The translations under genes were made by a program, and so were the position numbers. Under the pieces are notes generated by a model. That model made no database searches, was not told where the DNA came from, and was given only the letters and a program-made list of their open reading frames with translations. This document shows positions 34,826-42,709 of a stretch of 44,596 nucleotides of DNA, in pieces; within the stretch, counting starts at the first letter, position 1; every line of letters starts with the position of its first letter. This DNA is from Candidatus Nanopelagicales bacterium (lineage in GTDB: Bacteria > Actinomycetota > Actinomycetes > S36-B12): assembly GCA_044233495.1 (NCBI GenBank), contig JBIIJX010000001.1, positions 1-44,596 of the forward strand, in the 5' to 3' direction.

Positions 34826-35616
34826 CCCGCGATCCGCTCGATGGGACGCCGGTCGGAGATGATCACGGAGACCGAGGCCAGTTCCCCCGTGAACACCTTG
34901 TCCGGCGGACCGTCTCCGGTTGTCCAGGCATACCCGGACGCCGTGTCAGCGTCGACGTCGAGAGCGACCGTCACCTCCAAGACTGGGCCGGACGCAGTGA
35001 AGTACTCGGGGAGCTGGTCGTTGCCACCGACGAGGATCTGGATCCGGTCCAATGTGGCCGGCAGCAGTGCGACGGACTTCACCGTGCCGGTGATGTAGCC
35101 GTACTGGGACCGCGGAAACGACGCAACGGAGACCTCAGCGGCCATGCCCGTCCGCACCTGGCTGCCCTCGGTGGCAGGGAGGAACCCGATGGCGACGTCA
35201 GCAGTGGCCGGGTCGATGGTCAGGAGCGGCGTACCGGGCTCTGTGATTCCGCCCTGGCGTGCGACGATCGTCGCGACGGTTCCCGGTACCGTCGCGAGGA
35301 CTTGCTCGACAGCATCGTTGCCGAAGGCGACCGTGGCGACCGGCTGCCCCCTCTGCACGCGGTCCCCGGGGCCGACCAGCACCTGAGTCACGCGCCCGCT
35401 GACCGATGTGCCGATGTCGACGAACCCACCGGCGGGCACGATCATGCCGGCTCCGGTCACGGTGTCCGGCGCGCGCCCGTACATCGCCCACAGGAGCCCG
35501 GCGATGATGAGCAGCGCCATGGCGCCAAGGAGGGTCCACCCACGCCGATCAGTGGCCGGCAGTCGCGCCGCGATGTCCGACACCGGATCAGCAGTGGAGG
35601 CGTACTCGAGAGCCAT
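34822..35616 (-). CDS. HlyD-family periplasmic adaptor / secretion protein (short form)
   Basis: 264 aa with an N-terminal TM (WTLLGAMALLIIAGLLWAM) and a lipoyl-like motif GRVTQVLVGPGDRVQRGQPVATV. ATGA overlap with the ABC gene. Confidence 0.7.
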   Translation of the reverse strand: MALEYASTADPVSDIAARLPATDRRGWTLLGAMALLIIAGLLWAMYGRAPDTVTGAGMIVPAGGFVDIGTSVSGRVTQVLVGPGDRVQRGQPVATVAFGNDAVEQVLATVPGTVATIVARQGGITEPGTPLLTIDPATADVAIGFLPATEGSQVRTGMAAEVSVASFPRSQYGYITGTVKSVALLPATLDRIQILVGGNDQLPEYFTASGPVLEVTVALDVDADTASGYAWTTGDGPPDKVFTGELASVSVIISDRRPIERIAG

Positions 35617-35668
35617 GCGCCTTTATACCAGCGGCCAGAGTCCGGAGATGAGTGACCACGAACTTGAG

Positions 35669-35699
35669 CAGTGCTGGTTCGATTCCCGTCACCCGCTCC
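35669..35699 (+). repeat. Direct repeat of the tRNA-Gly 3' end (att-like)
   Basis: cagtgcTggttcgattcccgtcacccgctcc versus tRNA 30884-30914 cagtgcGggttcgattcccgtcacccgctcc, 30/31 identical. The mismatch falls in the T-stem. Confidence 0.85.
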
Positions 35700-35740
35700 G
35701 AAGGAGAGGGTCCCCCAGAATCGGGAGGAGCACCGCGACG

Positions 35741-35759
35741 GATCCCGTCACCCGCTCCA
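35741..35759 (+). repeat. Second, shorter copy of the tRNA-Gly 3' end (att-like), part of a ~58-nt tandem unit
   Basis: gat-cccgtcacccgctcca versus the tRNA gattcccgtcacccgctcca. The flanks are also similar: aaggagagggtccccc...tcgggag after copy 1 and aaggagtggctcccgg...tcgggag after copy 2. Confidence 0.7.
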
Positions 35760-36146
35760 AAGGAGTGGCTCCCGGAAGTGCGGTCGGGAGCAGAACCGGC
35801 TGCGTCGAACCGGTGAACAATCCACAGCCGCCTGCTCGCGGCTTCCCTCCAGACCCGGGACGCTCCAGCCTCGTCGCATACGCCAGGAGCGAGTCATCCT
35901 CGTCCTCGACGACGACCGGGCAATCGTGATTCACGCGATGGCGGCCGAGGTCGTCCCGCACTCTCGGTCACCCCGAGCCGGACCCTGCACGTGAAAGTCG
36001 AGCCGGACCTGTTCAGTGCCGTGAGCAACCGAGCATCAGAGGAAGGTGTGACCGCCAGCGCAGTGGTTCGTCGAGCACCTCGGATGTACTTGGCGGGGTA
36101 GCGCCACAGTGCTTCGCGGCCTACCGCTGCTCCGCGCACACATGAC

Positions 36147-36178
36147 GAGGTGCCCTCGCCCAGGGGGCGAGGGCACCT
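36147..36178 (-). terminator. GC-rich hairpin downstream of the FN3-protein gene
   Basis: gaggtgccctcgcc-cagg-ggcgagggcacctc forms a 14-bp perfect stem with a 4-nt loop, 32 nt after the stop at 36210 on the minus strand. No clear U-tract. Confidence 0.5.
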
Positions 36179-36209
36179 CGACATGTTCAGCACCTCAGTA
36201 GGCGACGTC

Positions 36210-37259
36210 CTAGCGCACGACCTTGATGACGCGCGTCATGCTCATGGCCGTGAAGCCTGGAAGTGCAGGGGAGAATGCCCGAAGCGTGAAGGAGCCCTTC
36301 TTGGCTCCGGGCTTCAGCACGGCGATCACCTGAGCGTTGTCGCCGTCGTAGCGGTATGAGACCGACTTGATCGTGGACGACCGGTTGATCGCACTCAACT
36401 GCGCCTCACGGCCTGCGTTCGTATCGAGATTCGACGTGTTGCTGAAGGTTCTCCACTGACCGCTGATGACCTTCGGGCCGCCTCCTGCCCACAGCGGGCC
36501 CGAAAGCGTCTGCTGCTGGACGGGCGGAGGAGTCGGGGCGTTGGCGGTGTTCTGCGTGACGCTGACCCAGTCGCTCCATCCCTGCGCGTTGGCAGCAGAG
36601 ACGCTGAAGGTGTAGGTCGACCCTGCCGACAGGGTGCCGACGTTGGCGTTGGTGGCCTGCACCGTGATCTGCCCGCTGGTGGGGCCGGTCCACTTGACGA
36701 TGTAGCCGGAGACGGCCGAGCCGCCGCTGCTGCTCGGGGCGCTCCAGTTCAGGGACACCGCATTCGTCGAGACACCCGTGACCTTCAGGTTCTGCGGCTT
36801 CGACGGAGCACCGGACGGCTGGGCGGCCGCGATGCTCACCCGCTTCGACGCGTAGCCGACCGTGGGCGTGCCGCCCATGAGCTGCTGCAGCGCGTCCACG
36901 CTGAGCGTGACGTTCCCGCTGGCCGTCGGCGTCCAGTTCATGGTCGCAGTCCAGGTCGCGACGGGCGTGTAGGAGCCGTTGCTCACCGGGGTGCAGGTGC
37001 CACCGATGGTGCCGAGATCCGTGCCGTTGCCGAGCTGGAAGTCGAAGCTCACGCTGCCTGTCTCGTCGTCACAGGACGAGGTGGCGTTGGCAGACACATA
37101 CGTGGCTGTCAGCACCTGGTTCACGCCGACCGTTCCGTTTCCGGCGGTCAGTGTCGTCTTGCCGTCGTAAGCCGACGCCGGCGCGGCCAGCGCCAACGAG
37201 GCTGCTACGAGTCCCACTCCTGCGGTAGCGGCCACGCGGGCCATGAACTTAGTCGTCAC
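36210..37259 (-). CDS. Secreted protein with a fibronectin type III domain
   Basis: Signal peptide MTTKFMARVAATAGVGLVAASLALAAPASA. FN3 signature PSKPQNLKVTGVSTNAVSLNWSAP...GYIVKW...STYTFSVSAANAQGWS. Confidence 0.75.
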   Translation of the reverse strand: MTTKFMARVAATAGVGLVAASLALAAPASAYDGKTTLTAGNGTVGVNQVLTATYVSANATSSCDDETGSVSFDFQLGNGTDLGTIGGTCTPVSNGSYTPVATWTATMNWTPTASGNVTLSVDALQQLMGGTPTVGYASKRVSIAAAQPSGAPSKPQNLKVTGVSTNAVSLNWSAPSSSGGSAVSGYIVKWTGPTSGQITVQATNANVGTLSAGSTYTFSVSAANAQGWSDWVSVTQNTANAPTPPPVQQQTLSGPLWAGGGPKVISGQWRTFSNTSNLDTNAGREAQLSAINRSSTIKSVSYRYDGDNAQVIAVLKPGAKKGSFTLRAFSPALPGFTAMSMTRVIKVVR

Positions 37260-37276
37260 AGATGTATCCCTTCTGA

Positions 37277-37301
37277 GAGAGCCACCACGCTGATGGCTCT
37301 C
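37277..37301 (-). terminator. Weak hairpin between the 5'-nucleotidase and FN3 genes
   Basis: gagagcca-ccacgctga-tggctctc forms an 8-bp stem with a 9-nt loop. Confidence 0.25.
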
Positions 37302-37363
37302 GCGCCTGTCACAGCGGACGCCAGCCTACCCGTCCGCCGGTGGGGACAATGGACGCGAAACCC

Positions 37364-39310
37364 CTATCCCACGCGGGTGATCCGGCCGTCGAGGACCGGA
37401 ATACGCACGAGCCCGTTCGCCGTCGAATCCGCACGCACCGCGGCCGCGAACGCATCTGCGAGAACATCGCGCACCACCGCGGTCGCCGGCGAGAACAGCC
37501 CACGGTAGTCATCGCCGCCATTCACCAGGAAGTCGATGGTGGTCAGCGAGTACGTGGTGTCATCCGCCGCGATCGAGCGCCCATCCGTCGTCGTCACGGA
37601 GATGATGCGTTGACCCACCGGCCGCGTAGGGTCGAACGCGAACCGGAATCCGCTGATCTGCGGAAAGCGCCCGTCTGATGGATACCCGGAAACGCCGTTC
37701 TCAAGCGCAGCCCAGAGGTTCCGGCCCGAGACCTTCGTCGTCATGATCGAGTTGGAGAAAGGGAACACGCTGAGCGCATCGCCGAGCGTGACGTCGTAGG
37801 GCCCGCTGCTGCCCTGCGACGGTCGTCGCAGCGACGGATCCGCGGGCTCGTACCCCCTCGCCGGGAAGGTGTCACGGATGCCTCCGCCGGTCAGGAGGGC
37901 GAGGTCGGTGCCGTACTCCGCGCGCAGGGCATCTGCCACGTAGTCACCCAGCGCGGTCTCCCCCGACCGCTCCACCGGTGGAACGCCGCCGCGCGGGAAG
38001 ATTCCGTCGACGACCCCGATCTTGCGATCGAGTTTCGCGCTGACCTGATCCTTGTAGTCCTGGACCATCGCAGCGGTCTTCGGATCCGGCACGACCCCGG
38101 CCAGCATCGCCTCCGTGACCACCTCGGTTGCCGCGCCCACGACGGTGCCGGTGCGCTGATCGATGCAGAGCTGCGTACGCGTGTACTCCTGACCGGAGTT
38201 CCGGGTCTGCGCGACCGGAGTGTCGCCCACGATGGAGGTGAAGGTCTGGTGCGTGTGGCCCCCGAAGGAGAGGTCAGCGCCTCGCAGGCCGCGCGTCACC
38301 TCGATGAGTCGCCCCGTGGGGCTACCTCCGACATTCGCCTGCCACCCCTGGTGCAGAGCAGCGATCACCACCTCGGCCCCGGCAGCGCGAGCGGCTGCGA
38401 TGCGCCTGTTCACCACGCCTGGCTTCGGCGAGATCGTGATCGTCCTGCGTCCCGAGGGGCCGAAGCTGAGGTTGCCGGGCGCCGTGACCGCAGCGGTGTC
38501 CTCCGTGTTCATGCCCACGACGCCGACCTTCACCCCGTCGATGTCGAGCACGGTGAATTCCCGGACCTTGCGCTTGCCCGTCTGGAGGGGAGCAAGGGTG
38601 CTGTAGTTGGAGACGACCCAGTCGAAATCAGAGGCATCGACCATTCTGCGCAGGTGCGCCAGCGGCCGGTCATGCTCGTGGTTGCCCGTCGTCGAGACCT
38701 GCAGCCCCATGAGGTTGAGGGCCTCGATCGTGGGGACCTCGTCGAACTGGGCGGAGATCGCCGGCGAGGCACCGAAGTTGTCACCCGCAGACACCGTCAG
38801 GGTCCGCGGAACCGCGCGGCGATCGCGTTCGAACGCACTCACCAGAGTCGCCGCACCGATGGCGCCGTCGGTGTCCTCGAGTGCTCCGTGGAAGTCGCTG
38901 AACTCCAGGACCTGCAGATTGGCGTAGTCGCCGCTCCCTCGACCGCGTACGTCGACGGACCGCCTGGAGGGTGCATCCGAGGAGTAGCCCAGCACGTTGA
39001 CGGCCTGCACCCTTGGTGTGATCACTCGCTGCCCCTTCACGACGGGCATCACGGCGCTTCGGGCCTTCGCGTCGACGGTCACCGGACACGAACCCTGTCC
39101 GGCGTGGACCACGTAGTGGGTGACTGCCGGATCAGACGACGGGGGCGGGCTCCACGACACCCGGACACCTCCGTCGACCACCCGGGCCGACACATCGGAG
39201 GGTGCCTGGGGTGCAGCGGGCTCCTGGGCGCTCGCTCGTGGTCCGGCGGCGATGAGGGTCAGGCAGACCGCAGCCGCTGCCGAGACGCTGAGAATACGAA
39301 GGCGACTCAT
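37364..39310 (-). CDS. Secreted bifunctional metallophosphoesterase / 5'-nucleotidase (UshA-like) with an N-terminal FN3-like domain
   Basis: From the ATG at 39310: signal peptide MSRLRILSVSAAAAVCLTLIAAGPRASA. Metallophosphatase motifs are SDFHG, GDNFGASP and GNHEHD. A C-terminal 5'-nucleotidase-type substrate domain follows. Confidence 0.8.
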   Translation of the reverse strand: MSRLRILSVSAAAAVCLTLIAAGPRASAQEPAAPQAPSDVSARVVDGGVRVSWSPPPSSDPAVTHYVVHAGQGSCPVTVDAKARSAVMPVVKGQRVITPRVQAVNVLGYSSDAPSRRSVDVRGRGSGDYANLQVLEFSDFHGALEDTDGAIGAATLVSAFERDRRAVPRTLTVSAGDNFGASPAISAQFDEVPTIEALNLMGLQVSTTGNHEHDRPLAHLRRMVDASDFDWVVSNYSTLAPLQTGKRKVREFTVLDIDGVKVGVVGMNTEDTAAVTAPGNLSFGPSGRRTITISPKPGVVNRRIAAARAAGAEVVIAALHQGWQANVGGSPTGRLIEVTRGLRGADLSFGGHTHQTFTSIVGDTPVAQTRNSGQEYTRTQLCIDQRTGTVVGAATEVVTEAMLAGVVPDPKTAAMVQDYKDQVSAKLDRKIGVVDGIFPRGGVPPVERSGETALGDYVADALRAEYGTDLALLTGGGIRDTFPARGYEPADPSLRRPSQGSSGPYDVTLGDALSVFPFSNSIMTTKVSGRNLWAALENGVSGYPSDGRFPQISGFRFAFDPTRPVGQRIISVTTTDGRSIAADDTTYSLTTIDFLVNGGDDYRGLFSPATAVVRDVLADAFAAAVRADSTANGLVRIPVLDGRITRVG

Positions 39311-39355
39311 GCAGCCACCGTATCCCTGCACCGTAGCCCCGCACAGCGGTGGCGA

Positions 39356-39775
39356 CTAATCACCCTCGGGTGCGAGCTCGCTGACCGGAGGGAACAGGGC
39401 CAGGGCCGGCGCGATCCAGGTGCGGACGAGCTCCCGCAGGTCGGCATTGACTCCGCCGCAGAACTCCGGACGCAGGTCGACCACGCGGGTGCCGCCCGTG
39501 TCGACGAAGACGTCGACTCGCGTGCCCCCGGTGCAGCCCTGCGCCGGGACCTCGACGGACCGGCCCTCGATCATTGGGAGCGCCTCGGCAAGGCCGCGCC
39601 AGACGACGTCCGGCGTCGCACGCGTTTCGTCCGCCAGCACGGAGCCGTAGCTGTCGACCACCATGCGCGCTGTCTGCCTCGACATCGTCAGGGTCACGCT
39701 GCGGTGGTAGCGCGGCGGCACCGAAGAGTCATGGAACGCGTAGGTAATGACCGCGTCGTCGTCCAGGGCGGGCAT
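39356..39775 (-). CDS. Hypothetical protein (139 aa) downstream of alkB-rubredoxin
   Basis: From the ATG at 39775, 13 nt after the alkB stop. High GC3. No recognisable domain. The upstream part of the track ORF (to 40069) overlaps alkB and was rejected. Confidence 0.5.
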   Translation of the reverse strand: MPALDDDAVITYAFHDSSVPPRYHRSVTLTMSRQTARMVVDSYGSVLADETRATPDVVWRGLAEALPMIEGRSVEVPAQGCTGGTRVDVFVDTGGTRVVDLRPEFCGGVNADLRELVRTWIAPALALFPPVSELAPEGD

Positions 39776-39788
39776 GGGATGGCGTCCG

Positions 39789-41171
39789 TCAGGCACCCGC
39801 GACGAAGTCGACCTTGTCGCGAACGCCGCAGTCCGGGCAGTGCCAGTCGTCCGGGAGCTCGGACCACGGGGTTCCGGGCGGGAACCCCTCGCGCGGCGCG
39901 CCAGCGACCTCGTCGTAGGTGTAGCCGCAGCAGGGGCAGGCATGAATCCGCGCACCCAGCTGCGCGTTGGCCAGGCCGTCTCGGTCATCCACGACAGTTG
40001 CACCCGTTGCGACCGCGTAGCGATGGCGCTTGCTCGGCTGAACGTTGGCGAGAGCGAGATCACCCCCATAGTGGGCTGAGACTCGCGGATCCATCACCGA
40101 GCGCCACAGGGGTGGGACGAGAGCCAGCAGGATCATGCCTGCATAGCCCGTGGGCAGTGCGGGAGCCTCGTCGTCATCGCGCAGGGCCTGGTAGCGCCGT
40201 GTCGGATTCGCGTGATGATCGCTGTGCCGCTGGAGGTGGTACAGCAGGATGTTGGTGGCGACGTTGTTGGAGTTCCAGCTGTGGCGCGGGCGAATCTGCT
40301 CGTACCTCTCGCGTCCGTTCGAGATGACCTTCTGCCGCAGCATTCCGTAGTGCTCGAGGTAGTTGACCGCCTCCAGCAGCGAGATCGCGACGAGGGCCTG
40401 GATGACCAGGAAGGGCACGACAGACCACCCGAGCCACACCACCACCGCGATCCACAGCCCTGCGGTCATGAGCCACGAGTTGACGACGTCGTTCTGGATA
40501 CGGACGGGCCCGTGGCCGCTCCTGGCACAACGGCGGCTCTCCAGGGTCCAGGCGCTGCGCAGCGATCCGAACACGGTCCGAGGCCAGAACGCGTAGTAGC
40601 TCTCGCCGAGCCGACTGCTGGCGGGATCCTCGGGCGTCGCGACGCGCACATGATGACCACGGTTGTGCTCGATGTAGAAGTGCCCATAGGCGCTCTGCGC
40701 GAGGGCGATCTTCGAAAACCACCGCTCGACCGACTCGCGCTTGTGGCCGAGCTCGTGCGCGGTGTTGATCCCGAGTCCGCCGATGAAGCCGACCGTGACC
40801 GCCATGCCGACCTGCTCGCTGAGCAGCAGTTCCCCGCGCGCGATCAGCCACATGCCCGCGAGGAAGCCGACGTACTGCAGCGGGAGAAACAGGTAGGTCA
40901 GCCAGCGGTAGTAGCGATCACTGCTGAGCCGCTCGATGGCGTCGTCAGGCGGGCTGCCGGGATCCAGGCCGGTGATCGCATCGAGCACGGGCACGACGCC
41001 GAGGATGACGATCGGGCCAAGCCACAGCCAGACGCCGTTGCCGGTGAGGGTGAAGAGGCCGATCGCCACCAGGGGCAGCAGGGGCATCACGAGCGCGATC
41101 GGCCACAGCAGTCGCTTGCGGTCACGCCAGGCGACATCGCCGGTGACCGCGTCCTGCTCGATGCTGGCCAT
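39789..41171 (-). CDS. alkB: Alkane 1-monooxygenase fused to a C-terminal rubredoxin domain
   Basis: From the ATG at 41171 (SD GGAGGGG). His boxes HELGHK, EHNRGHH and LQRHSDHHANPTRRYQ, plus NYLEHYG. The C-terminal rubredoxin CPCCGYTY...W.CPDCG lies at about 39789-39955. Confidence 0.9.
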   Translation of the reverse strand: MASIEQDAVTGDVAWRDRKRLLWPIALVMPLLPLVAIGLFTLTGNGVWLWLGPIVILGVVPVLDAITGLDPGSPPDDAIERLSSDRYYRWLTYLFLPLQYVGFLAGMWLIARGELLLSEQVGMAVTVGFIGGLGINTAHELGHKRESVERWFSKIALAQSAYGHFYIEHNRGHHVRVATPEDPASSRLGESYYAFWPRTVFGSLRSAWTLESRRCARSGHGPVRIQNDVVNSWLMTAGLWIAVVVWLGWSVVPFLVIQALVAISLLEAVNYLEHYGMLRQKVISNGRERYEQIRPRHSWNSNNVATNILLYHLQRHSDHHANPTRRYQALRDDDEAPALPTGYAGMILLALVPPLWRSVMDPRVSAHYGGDLALANVQPSKRHRYAVATGATVVDDRDGLANAQLGARIHACPCCGYTYDEVAGAPREGFPPGTPWSELPDDWHCPDCGVRDKVDFVAGA

Positions 41172-41293
41172 CACCCCTCCTCTCCTGCCCTCCAGTGAAG
41201 CAGGACCCACCCCCTTCCGTCGAGACCTGCCCGCCTTGCAGGCCAGAGTCGAGCGATTGACCCGAATGGGGTGGGAGCGGGTGCAGGAGGGGG

Positions 41294-42697
41294 ATGATGG
41301 TCCCCGTGGCCACGCGTACAAGGAGACTCTCCCTGTCATGGCGGGTGTCGATCCTTGTCGCCGTGCTGCTGATCATCTCCGCCGTCGTCACCACAGCTTT
41401 CGCCGTGCGCTCGATCCAGTCCCAGCTCTTCCTGCAGTCCGAGGAGGGTGCGGGCAACGTCCACGCCTCCGTGGCCGCCGGGATCCAGTCGGAGTACGCG
41501 GCCATCGCCCGCTACCGGGATCAGACCCTCGAGCGGCGCAAGTCACTGCTCAAGGAGGTTGCTGCACCGCTCGTCATCGCGCTGGACGCACTTCGCGCGG
41601 CCGCGGAATCCGGAGAGCTGACCATGGACGAGGCCCAGTCGCGCGCCAAGGACATGCTTCGATCAGTGCGGTTCGGCAATGATGACTACTTCTTCACCTA
41701 CAACCGCGACCTCACCGCCATCGCTCATCCGGACGAGCGATTCGAGGGGCGCAACCTGACGGATCTGCAGGATGCCGACGGCGTCTACGTCCTGCAGGAG
41801 ATCCGGGACGTCGCGCTCAACGAGGGCAGTGGCTACGTCAACTACCGGTGGGAGAGACTCGACGGCGCGGAACCGAGTCCCAAGATCGGCTACGTGTTCC
41901 ACTACGAGCCCTGGGACTGGATCATCGGCACCGGCGTCTACGTCGACGACATCGATTCCGACGTCGCCGAGCAGGTGCTGGGCGTGCAGTCCGACCTGGA
42001 GAGGATTTTCGCCGAGATCACCTTCGCCGAGGACGGCTTCTTCTTCATCCTCGATCAGGACGGGGAGGTCGTGGCAACCGCCAACCCGGCTGTTGAGTCG
42101 GCCGGCGCCACCGGCACAGGTCAGGCCGCGCTCGAGGAGATCCAGCGGGCCGCACCGTCGGAGCCGGGCACGGAGACGACACTGCGAGTGAGCGCCCCCT
42201 GGGCGGACGAGGTCGTCGAGGACTGGTCCGTGCGCGTATCGACGACCGGCGGCGATCCCGACTGGATCCTCGTGTCCGCAGTGCCGGAGCAGCGCCTCGA
42301 AGCACCGGGGCGCAGCCTGGCCGGCCAGCTGATCCTGCTCAGCGTGGCCGTCCTGCTCCTGGGGCTCGCCTTCGGAATCCTGCTGAGCCGACGCATCACC
42401 AAACCCGTCGACGACATCACAGCGGCGGCCGTGGGCCTGGCCGACGGCACCTTCGATCCCTCGCGCCTGGATGCCGCGTCCACCCGGTCGGACGAGGTCG
42501 GTGAACTGGCCAGGGCCTTCCAGCGCATGGGCACCGAGGTCGTCGAGCGCGAGGCCCGCCTGCGCGAGCAGGTGCAGCAGTTGACCGTCCAGATCGACCG
42601 ATCACGAGTCGACTCCGAGGTGGAGCAGATCACCGAGTCCGACTACTTCCAGCGCCTCAAGGCGCAGGCCGACGAGCTGCGTCGCCGGGACGGCTGA
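41294..42697 (+). CDS. Membrane sensor with a periplasmic Cache-type domain and a cytoplasmic HAMP domain, no recognisable output domain
   Basis: 467 aa. TM1 is VSILVAVLLIISAVVTTAF. The sCache-like block is RFGNDDYFFTYNRDLTAIAHPD..GRNL.DLQDADG...GSGYVNYRWER...KIGYVFHYEPWDWIIGTGVYVDDID. TM2 is followed by HAMP (RRITKPVDDIT...DEVGELARAFQRM) and a ~60-aa coiled tail. Confidence 0.75.
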   Translation: MMVPVATRTRRLSLSWRVSILVAVLLIISAVVTTAFAVRSIQSQLFLQSEEGAGNVHASVAAGIQSEYAAIARYRDQTLERRKSLLKEVAAPLVIALDALRAAAESGELTMDEAQSRAKDMLRSVRFGNDDYFFTYNRDLTAIAHPDERFEGRNLTDLQDADGVYVLQEIRDVALNEGSGYVNYRWERLDGAEPSPKIGYVFHYEPWDWIIGTGVYVDDIDSDVAEQVLGVQSDLERIFAEITFAEDGFFFILDQDGEVVATANPAVESAGATGTGQAALEEIQRAAPSEPGTETTLRVSAPWADEVVEDWSVRVSTTGGDPDWILVSAVPEQRLEAPGRSLAGQLILLSVAVLLLGLAFGILLSRRITKPVDDITAAAVGLADGTFDPSRLDAASTRSDEVGELARAFQRMGTEVVEREARLREQVQQLTVQIDRSRVDSEVEQITESDYFQRLKAQADELRRRDG

Positions 42698-42709
42698 CGC
42701 GTACCTGCC

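Larger units (their letters stand above)
30916..35699. mobile_element. Putative integrase-less genomic islet inserted at the 3' end of tRNA-Gly
   Basis: Bounded by the tRNA 3' 31-mer (30884-30914) and a 30/31 identical direct copy (35669-35699). Cargo is three minus-strand exporter genes. No integrase or recombinase was recognised. Confidence 0.4.

Noticed and set aside
35631-35699. Possible second complete (pseudo) tRNA upstream of the att-like repeat
   Set aside because: Only the variable-loop/T-arm/acceptor 3' half matches tRNA-Gly. The 5' sequence gcggccagag... cannot pair with cacccgc, and no D-arm or anticodon arm can be drawn. It is a partial copy, not a tRNA gene.
38249-40327. 692-aa plus-strand ORF over the 5'-nucleotidase and alkB1 genes
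   Set aside because: Antisense to two genes with clear catalytic motifs, and its composition is junk-like.
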